This document shows, piece by piece, positions 24,951-37,637 of a DNA stretch of 64,000 nt (position 1 is its first letter; each line of letters opens with the position of its first letter). The notes under the pieces are model-generated. The model did no database searches and had not been told where the DNA came from. It saw nothing but the letters and a program-made list of their open reading frames with translations. Origin of the DNA: Psilocybe cubensis (lineage: Eukaryota). Made by a program: the position numbers and the translations under genes. The stretch covers positions 124,001 through 188,000 of the forward strand of contig CM039009.1 of NCBI GenBank assembly GCA_017499595.2, read 5' to 3'.

Positions 24951-27074
24951 TCAGAATTTCTTAGCCTTACGTTTGATAGGTTGGCGCGTTCCCTTGGCCT
25001 GGGTCCTGGCCTTTTTAGCTGGTGGTTCTTCACCGTCGGCGGCGGTGGCGTCAGAATTGGGAGCAGGAACGGCATCAGCGTTGGGAGTAGGCAGGGCCTC
25101 ATCCCCGGTCTCGAAGGGGTCTGAAGGTGGTGCCTGTAGCTAATATGAGCCCTAGATAGAGAATGTAATAAATGCACTCACGTCTTTACGCTTTGGACCA
25201 GGGCGGCGTGGCGCCGCTTTCCTCTTTGCAGGGAGCTAATCATAATATTAGTGTAATGAACCAATCTCGAGTGAAAACGCACCTTGATCTTGATCGGGGC
25301 TGGTGGGGAAGGGGAGCGTTCGTTTTCGGAAGAAAGAGAGGAAGAATCCTCGGAAGGGAGGTCAGGGGGGGATTCTGAAGGGATCCTAATCGCGTTTAAT
25401 GCCATTCGGCGACGGGAGACTTGTTGAGGCACAGGTTCCGCCAGTGAAACAGCTGCAAATGCTTTAGCTAGCGCTGGTGCAGACCCATTATCTGGGGCGG
25501 GGTGGGAGGAGGGTGCGCGTGCTTGAGGAGATGCAGGTGCGGGTGTGGGTACACGAGCAGGTTCGGGTGTGGGTGCACGAGGGGGTGCGGGTGCAGGTGC
25601 ACGAGCAGGTGCACGAGCAGGTGCAGGTGCTTGAGCCGCAGCGGCCATTTGAGCTTTACGCCGTTCTACCGGGTCTCTGAGGCGTCCGTCGCGTGCACTA
25701 CCTTCCAAAGGGGACGACTTCTTGTCATGATCCACGGGCTCAGATGGCAAGATAATGTTCCTAGAAATTCATTAGCATAAAATCAAGCGCGTAAGGCACG
25801 CTTACTCTTGCCACCAAGCCACAGTCTCCTTGGCCCACGTATCGTCATCAGAAAGACCCGACAGAAGCGTCAGAATAGATGCGTAGAGGCGGTCGGCCTT
25901 CAAAATGCTCTTCGCCTCAGGCCAAGTCTTACCGCTGATTGCAATGACAAGCTTTGAAGGAGGTTAGCACTGACAGACTACTGACAATGTCCACTTACCA
26001 TCATGCAATAATAACATATGAGTCTTATCGTTAGTTCATATACTTTGTGAATCTGTCCTTTGCTGGCACGTCCTCCAAGCCTGTTGGCCTCGCCTACAAG
26101 CATACGTTGGACAAACTAGAGTGCCAATATGTATCAATGACATGTCAAAACATAAAAAAAAACTTACTTGGGGACCCAAGGGTGGTCGAAACAGACCTTG
26201 GACCTCGTCGTCTATGTCAAATGGGATGTCAGGGTCATACAAGCAAGCTGGCCAATCCAGCGTGTCTCCATTTTTGGTATCGGCTTCGAGTGATTCACAT
26301 CGCACGCTATCCACAAATAAATCAACTCATATTCGCAGAAAATAACAAGCCGACTTACAGAATTTCACGCGCATTGAGGTCGGCGAGCTCGGCGAACTTG
26401 ACACGCGGGATTAAAAGAGCGGCGTATGCAGGGTGTTTATAGCCCCGGTTCACCCTGGCACAGGCCAGTTTGTAGGCCTGTAGGTCAAGTGGGACCCTCA
26501 GATCAAATGGGATCAACTCCGGGATCAACTTATGTGCCTTGAAGAGATCGTCGGATCGCGAATGAGCTGCAGCACTCGATACCTTACAAGTATGGTTAGT
26601 CGATCTGTACATGCGACCTCACAAAATTCTTACCAAATCAATGACTTTGCCAATCAAGGCAGAATTGTCCTCGCACTTCTTGATGATATCCATAAGGTCG
26701 GGCATCAAGTCCTGCATCTCATAGAAGGACCAGAGCTTGGGTTGTAAACTAATATATGCATAAATCAATGCCCCAGGAAAAAAAAGGCGCATATACTTAC
26801 TCCAATATTTGTTGTCGGGTCATACCATCCGTTATATGGTTGGCCAGAAACTCGAGACCCTCTTGGATGACGCTCTTTACGTTCATAAATGGGTCGATGG
26901 ACTGGTGAATCCATCTCGCGCCCTTCAGAGTGTCTGCTAGTTCGGGGCATCTACAAATAACGTTAGCGGTTAACGCGCACGGGGACGGGGGAGGGGGGGG
27001 ATTCAGGCTTACTCGAGTTCTTTGTTGGTGTCGATAGCCGTGAGGGCTTTTTCAATCTGGGTCGGGGTGAGCAT
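24951..27074 (-). CDS. Plavaka cargo gene 1: DUF6698-like protein with Pro/Ala-rich tail, multi-exon
   Basis: Spliced translation MLTPTQIEK..GARWIHQSIDPF..WPACLYDPDIPFD..GLFR..WAKETVAWWQE..basic C-terminus KRKAKKF*. Many short GT..AG introns; exon limits are approximate. Confidence 0.65.
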
Positions 27075-27379
27075 GGTGGTGGATGGTGGTGGTACGGGAA
27101 GAAAAGGGATGAAAAAAACTCCCTTCCGCATATACCGAGCGCAGTGGTTATGTAATGGACACCTGAGGAGGTACAGATGTCCGCGCTATTCCGCGCCATT
27201 GCCATAACTAGCGGGCGAAGGAGGCGCGATCGCCATCGACAGCGAGCTGTCAGAGGATAAAAATAGCCCACCGCGAATCACCATAGCCAGGAGGTAGACA
27301 CCCAAGACGCCCCAGGTATACCCGTGCGTTGAAGCTTGTGGCCAGGGCTTTCGACGACGAGAAGGGGTGTATACGCGCA

Positions 27380-27872
27380 CCGAACGAACCCCCAGGTATC
27401 TCCGTGGGTTGAAGGGGGCTGGTAGTCCGTAGCAGCGACAGGAGCACCCTACAGAGTACAGAATTGCCATAGTCAAGCAGCCGCACCCAACGAACCCTCA
27501 GGTATTTCCGTGGGTTGAAGGGTGTGAGCACCAACTTGACCAGCCTACAGACTACGGAATCACCATAGTCAGCAGACTGCCACCAAACTCCGAGACGAAC
27601 AACCGCCAGACTACAGAAATACCATAGTCAAGCAGCCGCACCCAACGAACCCCCAGGTATTTCCGTGGGTTGAAGGGTGTGGGCACCGATTTGAGCAGCC
27701 TACAGACTACGGAATCACCGTAGTCAGCAGACTGCCACCCAACGAACCCCCAGGTATTTCCATGGGTTGAAGGGTGTGGGCACCGACTTGAGCAGCCTAC
27801 AGACTACGGAATCACCGTAGTCAGCAGACTGCCACCCAACGAACCCCCAGGTATTTCCGTGGGTTGAAGGGT
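27380..27872. repeat. Tandem repeat, ~97-bp unit, ~5 partial or complete copies
   Basis: Recurring ccaacgaacccccaggtatttccgtgggttgaaggg and agcctacagactacggaatcacc. Confidence 0.88.
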
Positions 27873-28004
27873 GGTAGTGGTGCGGAAGTCAACAGAGCCA
27901 ACAAACGGAACCCTACCCAAATTCAGATTCCGCCTGATGGCAATTTCAAACTCCGACACGCGTGGTGATCTCAACACGTTCCTGCGTCATTGGTTCTTCT
28001 TCGC

Positions 28005-28160
28005 TACCCAGGCTCATTGCTCGGGCAGCCTCACTACCCAGGCTCATTGCTCGGGCAGTACGCGCAAACTACCCAGGCTCATTGCTAGGGCAGAACGCGA
28101 GACACTACCCAGGCTCATTGCTAGGGCAGAACGCTTAAACTACCCAGGCTCATTGCCAGG
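28005..28160 (+). repeat. Array of 5 CCAGGCTCATTGC motifs upstream of cargo gene 2
   Basis: Five exact 13-mers at ~30-36 bp spacing. Confidence 0.9.
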
Positions 28161-28208
28161 GCAGTACGCACAGATAAATTGGAATTCCTGCTCCCCCGAC
28201 TGTCCATA

Positions 28209-31200
28209 ATGCCCCCGTATGTATCTTACAATATCGAGGTGTATTTGGTTGCTAATTCTACGTACAACAGACTACGCCCTCCTTTGACTGGTCCCAGGGC
28301 TCCGTCTTCCTACAAGACGGTATAATTTACTACTCTCCCAATTGTAACCGACCAGTCCGTATCAAGGCCCCAGAGCGGAATCACCCCCACCCATTCCCCG
28401 AACGTGCAGAGCCAGATCCCACTTCTGTCAAGCATCCTGTCTGGTGGACAGACACCTTTGGGTGGATGTCCTTCATACCGCTCAACCCATCCTTTATCTC
28501 CGACCCCTTCGACACCTTTACCTGGCAGCCTGAGCTGGATGTAACTCCTAGCTATAATACTCCACCCGGTCCCACTCTCTACCAGCTCGAAATTCATACT
28601 ATAAAGCATTGGCGGTTTAAGGAACAATGTTTACTGGAAGCTGCGCACAAAATGAAGCTATGGTACCACGTACCAGCCAGTCAACCACCCCCGCCTTCCA
28701 TCTTTAAATACGATGAGCCCTACACATCGAAAGAAGAAGCTTATCGCCAGATTAAATTGGCGCGAGATTGGTTTGCCGTATGGATGGGATTCTTTGCCTA
28801 TTTCGCTGCGTGTGCCAAATATGACAAGTATTGTGCAGGAAAGATGGTGAGAGAGAAGGGCGAGTTACTACCCCGATGGTATACCAGGCTGCTCGAGGAG
28901 GTTCCGATGTTACAGCGATCCTGGTTGGACGGGCTTTTGACATCGCCAGCGTGTGTATTCTCACCCAACACTCAGCGTGCAGGGATAGTTATTCCCTGGT
29001 ATGAATATGACAATCGGAGGCCCGAGATACAGTTCTTCCTGGACCAGCAGATTCCTGTTTTCTTTCCATGGTGTGCCATCGCAGAACAGGCCATCATAAA
29101 CAACCCCACCCTTCGCTATCTTGAGCCTCCTGCAAACCTTGTTCGGGATGCCCTTGAGAAGTTTCTGAACCGATTCCCCAGTGTTCCTCTCGCTGGCCTA
29201 ATCCTTAGGTCCTACTTTCGATTTCATGATCGCCCGCTGCACTCCACCAAACATATATTGAGAATGGAACACAGTACGTCGTTGGTCACGAAATATATGT
29301 ATGAAAAATTTGCCTCGCAAACCGACAAGGTCAAGGCGGCTATGGAGGAGAACCAGGTGGAGGCCACGGTTGCAGAATTGAGGGAGATAGTAAGCCGAGC
29401 CATGGACATGGACCTCGCAGAGGCCGAGCGAGCCATAGCAAATCTCCCCACTCACGATTGGATGGACAAAGGTGACTACCACCGGAGAGGAGAGTTGTAC
29501 GACCACGTCTCGATATTCTTGGAGAAACGCGAGAGAAACCAGCGCTTTATCATTGCGACTGAGACCGAGGACGCAAAGATCAAAAGGCTTCAAAGAGAGG
29601 AGGCCCTCCCGGGGTACAACACATCGGTCTATAGGTGGAAAAGTGTCACGACGCCGGGGGGGAAGGAATTATACATGCGAGTTCGCCTCCTTCGATCAAA
29701 GCACGAGAGACTGTTCGCAAAGGTGCCTCCCTCTCAACGAACATACAATGCAGTCTCAAACGAGTGGGACATTTTTGATGAAGTGGATTTGCCACGAAAA
29801 TATTTGCAATTTGTGGACCCCCCTCCTAGGAAGGACGGTTATATCTACGACTATCCTATCCAAGCCGCCCGCATCAATCCCCAGTCCATCATCCCCGACA
29901 ACGATGTACCCCGTGTGGAATCCGTTCCCGTCATCCCAGAACCCTGTGTAGACTCTTCCTCGGGTGGTGCGACTTCCCCTCATGAACCTCAGTACGAAAC
30001 ATTCCCCATGGACACGGAGGAATTTCAGGAGGGGCCTTCCCAGCCTCCGGTACATCGTCCAGAGCCGGGCCCCTCCACCATGGATACCGACACTGATGAA
30101 GCTTCGAAAATCCACGATTACGATTGGGACACCGCCGACCTCATCTCCAACTTGCGATACAGCTATGGATTCGTAGCCTCTGTAGTCCCGAAGAAGGAGG
30201 ATAAGACACCGGAAGGCTGGAAACACGCCTGTCAACACTTTGGGTTTAGGAAGGATGGGGCAGAACAGTTTGTCTCAAACACGGATCGTCAACTCATCTG
30301 TCAGTTTCATGACGGTTTGATGGGGTCAACTGACCGTCCGCTCCCTCAAGACATTCACGATCTCCACCCGCAAAATTACCTATCCCTTCAAGTTTTAGGG
30401 AATCTCAGCCTCATCCATCGGCCCATCCCAAATCTATTTGTTTTCGCTCATCACGACATACGTGCACCTCAGGAAGAGTCCGACAGAATGTCTGCTGATT
30501 GGAGTATTGGAGTCGAAACCCCAGAGGCTGCTTTATATGTCTTACGAGTCTTCCAGTCCCATCCTGGGCATACAGTTGTCAGTGTGGCACACAGACTTTT
30601 GTCCAAAGGAGTGCAGTTTCGAACTCTTGTCGGGCGTAAAAATGTGGTTCAGGTGCATCAACCCTACAAGGAAGTTACCTTTTACCGCAAAGTCAGCTAC
30701 AAGTTTACCAACGACGACTATGAGTCCTCGATGCTGGCCTGTCGGCAGATACTGGACCAACAACGCGGTCGTGCAGCGCTACTCATGGGTGGAATAGTAG
30801 GACGAATCGCCAAAGAGTATCTGAGCACAGAGTCTGTTCTCCAGGGCCCATCAGTGGAATTGCTGAGAAATGGACGCGGATATGTCGCTAATCCAGAGGC
30901 CGAGTTGCTGGCTTACTGCGATGACGGGCTTACAGAACACGATATTGCGATTATTATCGGGTCGTATTCTCTCATGACGGGTAAGTGTTCACTACATTTA
31001 ACTGATCGCTCTATTTAATGTCGTTTTTAGATTTTAAAAATCAGGTCGGAGTCAAGTCTTGGTTTCCTCCCCCGGCGGTATGGAATGAAATCGACAGGAA
31101 TGGGATAGGATGGCTGGAATGGACTGAACGCAACGAGTACTGGTACCAGACTAGGCTGGAATTAATTCGAAATGGCAAAGCGCAACCTTTAACGCTTCAA

Positions 31201-31317
31201 GACTGGAAGAGCCTTCTCAAAAATAAGCCAGTCCGTGTTCTAAGGGAATCGGTGCGAGCTCGATCAGCGGCATTTGTCCATGAACATATCCCCGTAACCA
31301 GGAATCCTCGTAGATAG
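28209..31317 (+). CDS. Plavaka cargo gene 2: ~1000-aa protein of unknown function (3 exons)
   Basis: 850-aa ORF extendable upstream to acceptor 28270 (YYSPNC). RGRAALLMGGIVGRIA, and a last exon SWFPPPAVW..W..RNEYWYQTRL after an intron at ~30981-31030. The start codon is tentative. Confidence 0.75.
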
Positions 31318-31648
31318 GTAGCACATTTTTCTTGTTTCTTCATTCACGGATCTACACCACTACTCACAGTGTATTTTTGCCTTTGTACATACTACAAAAC
31401 AAATTTTATGTATACTATCTATATTTCTTCGTACAGACTATTGGTCAGATATCATGTATACCACGGAAAAAATTGTTTGGACCTGCATCGAAACATGTGT
31501 GAATCAATTCTGAGCCCAAAAAACATAAAAAAAACATGAGATTGCTTACAGTAAGCCGGTTAGGCCAATCAAAACTCCGCTAAGTTTTGAACTCCGACAC
31601 CGCGCCCTATCACGCCTGAGGTTGATGTCTGCACTCTCCTTATTCGCT

Positions 31649-31937
31649 CTACCCAGGCTCATTGCTCGGGTCAGAACGAATCGGTGGCTCGCTATCCAGG
31701 CTCATTGCCGGGATAAGAGCTTCCTATCCACTGTCCAGGCTCATTGCTAGGACAAGGATTTTCTACCCCCTATCCAGGCTCATTGCTGGGATAAGGGTGT
31801 CGTTCGCCTGCCCAGGCTCATTGCTTGGGCAAGGATATCCCCCCTATCCAGGCTCATTGCTGGGATAAGGGTATCGTTACTCTGCCCAGGCTCATTGCTT
31901 GGGCAAGGATTTTTTACTCCCTATCCAGGCTCATTGC
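31649..31937 (+). repeat. Array of 8 CCAGGCTCATTGC motifs upstream of the transposase ATG
   Basis: Eight exact 13-mers at ~35-43 bp spacing. Confidence 0.9.
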
Positions 31938-31968
31938 GTGGATAGTTGTACTTCAGCAGGCCGTAATT

Positions 31969-34900
31969 ATGTCCGACGAAAAAAGACCCTGCTTAGGGTG
32001 CCATAAACTCTTCGTACCAGGTCGCTCCTTGAAGCAGCATACCAACAAATGTAAAAAATATCCTGCTGCAATGAGCAAGGTCCTGAAGGGGTTCCAGGAA
32101 AACTTCAGCAGGCAGAATCAGAACAGTAATGTTGCCAGTGGTTCTTCGCACCAGGCAACCCTTAATAATGAGCCCGGGCCTATGGACGTTGATGTCCATC
32201 ATGAGTATCTCGATGTGGATATGGTACCACCTCCAATGCCCCCTGCGCCTCCACCTAAATCACCAACACCACCACCACATCCCCCGACACCACCACCTCC
32301 CATTGAACGGCCCAGAGGACTTCCTCCACGCGTTATTAGATTGCCACAGCGCTTCCGAGACGAGGTCCCACCCGAACCTCCTCTAATTATACCACCAGTC
32401 GTGGAGGAGGAACCACCTCAGCCTCAGGAACCTCCATCTGTGGAGAGTCTGTATCGAACACCAATGAATGGCTATGGGATATTTCGAGAGTATACCTATG
32501 GTCCCCCTTCTATTACTCCTGACGAACATTTCACACTGTCATCAGTGTCCGATTCTCCAAATATTGCCAAAGACCCAGCCGACTCTTTGAGAAAGGCGTC
32601 AGAGGGAACACCAATGGCCCTACCTTCGGATTGGTCCTTGGATTCTGAGCCAAAAGACGACAAGAGCTTGCTATTCAAAAATCGTTCTACTCAACTTATC
32701 ATGTCTTGGTTTTACAACGGCCACGGTACTAAATCCTACGCTGATACCGACAAATTGATTCACCAAGTCGTACTGGACCCGGATTTTGACCCCAAGGACT
32801 TTGATTCCTCCTTTTCTACTGCTCGAGAGGCAGCGCGTCTGGACGAAATCTCCACCCAAAAAAATTCTACAGATCCTACTTTGTCAGAAGTGTGTCGACC
32901 GGAAGCTGGGTGGATCAAGGGCAGCTTTTCAATACCAGTGCCATGCGACGGTTTCATATTCGATTCGGAAGAGGAGGCTCCTCAATTTGTTGTTGAAAAC
33001 GTCATGTATCGAAAACCTCTAGAAGTTATCAAACAGGCCTTTGCAGAATGCACCTCTGAGACGTATACGACCATACCGTACAGAGAATTTTGGCGTCCCT
33101 CACCCGACGAACCACCCGAACGCTTATTCTCAGAGTCCTACGTGGCGGACATTTTCAATGAAGAGTATGAAAAGATCAAGTCAGAGCCACGCACAGGTCC
33201 CCACAGACACCTGGAGCCCTTTGTCGTTGGTATCGGGATTTTTTCAGATTCTACCCACCTGACCAGTTTTGGCGATGCTTCTATATGGCCGATCCTTATG
33301 TATATCCTCAACCAGTCAAAATACACCAGAGGGAAACCTAAAGAATTCGCTGCGCACCATATTGCGTATATCCCTAAAGTAAGTTTGTATTGACTGGCAT
33401 GTACTATTCATATTAACGTTTGGGTCATAGCTCACAGACACTTTTCAAGATTGGCATCAGCGACAGTTTGGCAAAGCTGCGACATCTGAAATGCTCACCC
33501 ATATGAGACGCGACGTCAATACAGGCGTCTGGGGGCTATTACTTGATGAGGATGTCAAACGAGCGTATGCTGAAGGGGAGGCCGTAGAACTGGCCGACAG
33601 AGTATGTCGAGCTATGTATCTCCGTTTTATTTTTAGTTCAAATGACTACCCCGAAAAGTAAGTCAACATCTACTCGCTATTTCGATTGATAACTAATGTA
33701 CAAGCAGAATGCTGCAGTCCTGCTGCAAGTGTCGCGGCACTTGCTTGTGTCCACGTTGTTTAATTCAGACTATGAATGTCCCAAAGGTTGGATCAAAGAT
33801 GGATATGCGAAACCGGCTCAAGCTAGCTCGCGTTGACAGCGAAACTCGTCAATTTGACATCGAAACTGCCCGTAAAGCATTGTTCTTGGGGAAAAAGGTT
33901 AACAGCAAGGCGGTTAATGGCTTGCTGCAACAGACCTCTGCTTTTCCAACTCGGGTATATTTTTATTTCCTCATATCTACGTATTTTGTCTAAGAATATT
34001 ACATAGAACGCTTTTTCCAAGGCTTTATTTGAATATGGCTTCAACTTTTATCGGATGTTTACTGTCGACTTCATGCACAAAGTGGAACTGGGTGTCTGGA
34101 AGGCCCTATTTAGTCACCTACTCCGGATTCTTTATACCTCTAGCAACCAGAACGCCATTGCAACTCTGAACGAAAGGTATTGTCGTGATATCTCGATTCT
34201 TACTCAAACTAACTATAGATTTAGATACCGCCAAGTCTCCCCTTTCGGCCTCACAACTATCCGACGTTTTGCTAGGAATGCTTCAGATATGAAGAAACTG
34301 GCAGCACGGGATTTTGAAGATCTCCTTCAGGTAGGCCTCAATTGCGTGTGATGTTTGATTTTAATTGTTAATGATTCCATAATAGTGCTCTATACCAGTC
34401 TTTGAGGGCTTGTTGCCAGAACCTGCACACAATAAAATTATTCAAAACCTCTTGTTTGAAATGGCGACATGGCACGCCCTAGCCAAGCTTCAACTTCACA
34501 CCGATACCACTCTGGACGAGTTGGGGAATTCGTGTACTCGGTTATGTGATCTCCTTCGTCAGTTCCAAAAGGAGGTTTGTAGTCAGTACGCCACTCGCGA
34601 GCTTCCATCAGAAACAGCCGCTAGAGGAAGAAGACAGGCAGCCAAGGCCAAAAAGGCAGCGAGTGCGGGTCTGCCAGTACCTCCGACTCAACCCAATGAA
34701 CCCAAGACCCGCACGTTCAATATGCAAACGTACAAATTGCATTCCCTTCCCGATTACGTCGATTCCATTCGCCAATTTGGCACCACTGACGGCACGAGCA
34801 CTCAGATGGGCGAAAGCGAGCACAAGAGAGCGAAACTCTTCTACAAACGGGTCAAGAAAGGTGATCATATTCGAGGTATCGCCAAACACATCTACCGAGA

Positions 34901-36137
34901 ACGTGTGGTACACCGCACTAGCCGTGTCGAGATGCGCAAGCTGCTGCGTGAGGACAGGGAGTTACTGGAGCCCACTCCTCCTGATTTACATTATCACATC
35001 TCATCAGACGTGCGTCGAAAGTTAGATATACTACCCTGGATGTCACAAAACCAAAACGATCCGGCGACAAGGGTAAGCCGGATTTTTCGCTTGTTTTTAT
35101 ATACTCAATGTCGTATTTAGGACTTTATGCTTCGTCTCAAAACTCACCTTTATGCCCGCTTATCAGGGGCAAACAAATTCAGTGATAGCATTGGTACCCA
35201 TGAGCGACTCCAAATCACAATACTCGGTGACCGAATTTACGAACATCAGGTTCTACGCATCAACTATACTTCGTATGATATGCGTCGAATACAAGATACC
35301 TTGAAGCCAAACTCTTCCCGATGTGACATCATGGTACTCGCTAGCAACAAAGGTGCAGATCAGCAGGTTCATCCTTATTGGTATGCCCGTATCATTGGAA
35401 TCTACCACGCCAATGTGGTAATATCTACCCCTGATGATTACTACCGTGCCTCCAAGCACAAAGTGGATTTTCTTCATGTCCGATGGCTGGGTGTTTGTGA
35501 AGATTGCCATTACGGTTGGAAATATAGAAGGCTTCCACAGTTGGCGTTTGGTGATATCAATGACTCTGCGTCGTTTGGTTTTGTGGACCCATCCCTCGTA
35601 CTTCGTGCAACCCATTTGATCCCTCGCTTCATTCTTGGAAAAATACCGACTCTCGGCCCATCTGTAGCTTATAGAAGCAAAGAAAATAATGAAGGGGAAG
35701 AATGGGAGAGATATTATGTCAATTTGTGAGTACATTTAGTCACTTCTTACCTTTTACTAATTTTTTACAGTTTTGTGGATCGCGACATGGTCATGCTGTA
35801 CAGAGGGGGTGGAGTTGGCCACGCTAGCACGCGAGCCGCTACCGATTCTCTTAGGCAAGACCCACGTGCAGACGACATTGCCTCTCGCAAAAAACGCCGC
35901 GAGGCACATGAAGCTCCCGATCCTGATCTGGAACCAGATGGGGCCTCAGACCAGGAGCAAGACGCTCAGGACCAGGCTGAAGTGGCACCTGAAAACAGCG
36001 CCGATTCTGATGACAATGAAGACGACAGCGACCAGCATACCAATTCTGAAGAGGAGGAGGAGGAGGAGGAGGAGGAGGAAAGCGACGAGGATGAGGACCG
36101 GGGTGACCTCGATGAACTCGGGTTCGCTGAATACTAA
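31969..36137 (+). CDS. Plavaka transposase, ~8 exons
   Basis: N-terminal Zn finger CLGC..H..KC. Then IFSDSTHLTSFG..WP..NQSKYTRGKP..HHIAYIP, DYPEK, CLCPRC, DFMH.VELGVWK, TYKLHSLPDY..FGTTD..STQMGESEH, HPYWYARIIGIYH and FGFVDP, with an acidic tail. Confidence 0.92.
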
Positions 36138-36357
36138 CTGTAGCTTTATGTGAGTCTGTCGTTGATTCTCTTGTACCTCTACTAACACCTTTTTAGATGT
36201 ATCCTTGTCTTGGCGAGTAATACACAATACTTTTCTTGATTTTCGCGTGATTCGGTAAGGAAATGTATTGATATTTAACTGAAATTTTATTGTAACATCC
36301 CTATACATCGCTGTACGCCCTTTGGGCTCTACTCTCTCATTGTGCAACTACGTATGT

Positions 36358-36469
36358 GTGCCTTACCCCCCTCACATCAACCCTCATACACCACCTTAGC
36401 TGCAGCCCGACACGTGCCTTACCCCCCTCACATCAACCCTCATACACCACCTTAGCTGCAGCCCGACAC
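36358..36469. repeat. Direct tandem duplication, 56 bp x2
   Basis: gtgccttacccccctcacatcaaccctcatacaccaccttagctgcagcccgacac occurs twice. Confidence 0.9.
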
Positions 36470-36552
36470 GATACCGCCCTTATATTTCAGCGATAAGGAC
36501 AGCACCGAGCATCGCCCCCCAACCCAGTTCCGCAGCCTATTTCGACCTGGAC

Positions 36553-36990
36553 GTGCCTGGCGCGCGCCACGCGTGTGCTGCGTATGCGTGCGCCACGCGT
36601 TTGAGGCGTATGCGTGCGCCACGCGTGTGCTGCGTATGCGCGCGCCACGCGTGTGTTGCGTATTGCGCGCGCCACGCGTTTGATGCGCGCGCCACGCGTT
36701 TGATGCGTATGCGCGCGCCGCGCGTTTGATGCGCGCGCCACGCGTTTGATGCGCGCGCCACGCGTTTGATGCGCGCACCACGCGTTTGATGCGCGCACCA
36801 CGCGTTTGATGCGCGCACCACGCGTTTGATGCGCGCACCACGCGTTTGATGCGCGCACCACGCGTTTGATGCGCGCACCACGCGTTTGATGCGCGCGCCA
36901 CGCGTGTGATGCGTATGCGCGCGCCACGCGTGTGTTGCGTATGCGCGCGCCACGCGTGTGTTGCGTATGCGCGCGCCACGCGTGTGCGTG
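36553..36990. repeat. CpG-rich minisatellite, ~20-26-bp unit gcgcgc(a/g)ccacgcgtttgat, ~20 copies
   Basis: Directly visible tandem array. Confidence 0.95.
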
Positions 36991-37118
36991 TTCGTCCAGA
37001 TACAAAGAGGCGTCGATACGGGGAGGGAGGGGTATACATGGATGTGTTTTGAAAAATAAAACTTGATTTCATTGTACACGCGTCACGGTAAACTCAGAGT
37101 GCCTGTCGAACGGGCCCT

Positions 37119-37637
37119 TTATTCCATCATCTCAACGTCCTGATCATCCCCCTCCCCATCGCGCATCTCGACGTCGCTGTCTTCGACGGTCCCCGAGTCC
37201 TCGATACGATTTTCGACTGCGACAACCTGTTCCTCCCACTCTCAAATTTCGCCGTGGGTCGAAACGACGGGTTCGGTGTCGACTCGCCCGGTCGTGGGCT
37301 CTTCTACGCTGACAACGATCTCGACCTTGTTGTCGGTATCGACGTTGACGCCGATTTTTGCGTGCCCGTTGCGGCCATCGACGGCGACGTTGAGCCTGAG
37401 GCCGTCGCGATCGATCGCGAGGCCGAATTGTACTCCTTGGGGTGCAAAAAAAAATTAACAGTGAGTACTTACTTTGAATATTGAAGACTCACCTTGCTCA
37501 TCCATTTGTCGTCTTCCGTTAACTCTTGTTATGCCGTTAGAAAGCTGTGGTGACTCGCTGGCGCGCTGTGGCGGGTTTGGTGGTGGTGGTGGTGGTGGTG
37601 GTGGTGGTGGTAGTTGAAAAGAAGCACGCGCCGCCAT
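37119..37637 (-). pseudogene. Plavaka cargo gene 4: small Pro-rich/acidic protein, 2 exons, premature stop
   Basis: MAARASFQLPPPP..DEQG | VQFGLAIDRDGLRLNVAVDG..HGEI*EWEEQ..VEMME*. In-frame TGA at 37242-37244. Confidence 0.5.

Noticed and set aside
28005-31937. CRISPR-like appearance of regularly spaced CCAGGCTCATTGC repeats
   Set aside because: The repeat is only 13 bp, spacers resemble each other, the context is eukaryotic and intron-rich, and there are no cas genes.
36452-37079. Three overlapping repetitive ORFs
   Set aside because: Artefacts of a stop-free minisatellite.
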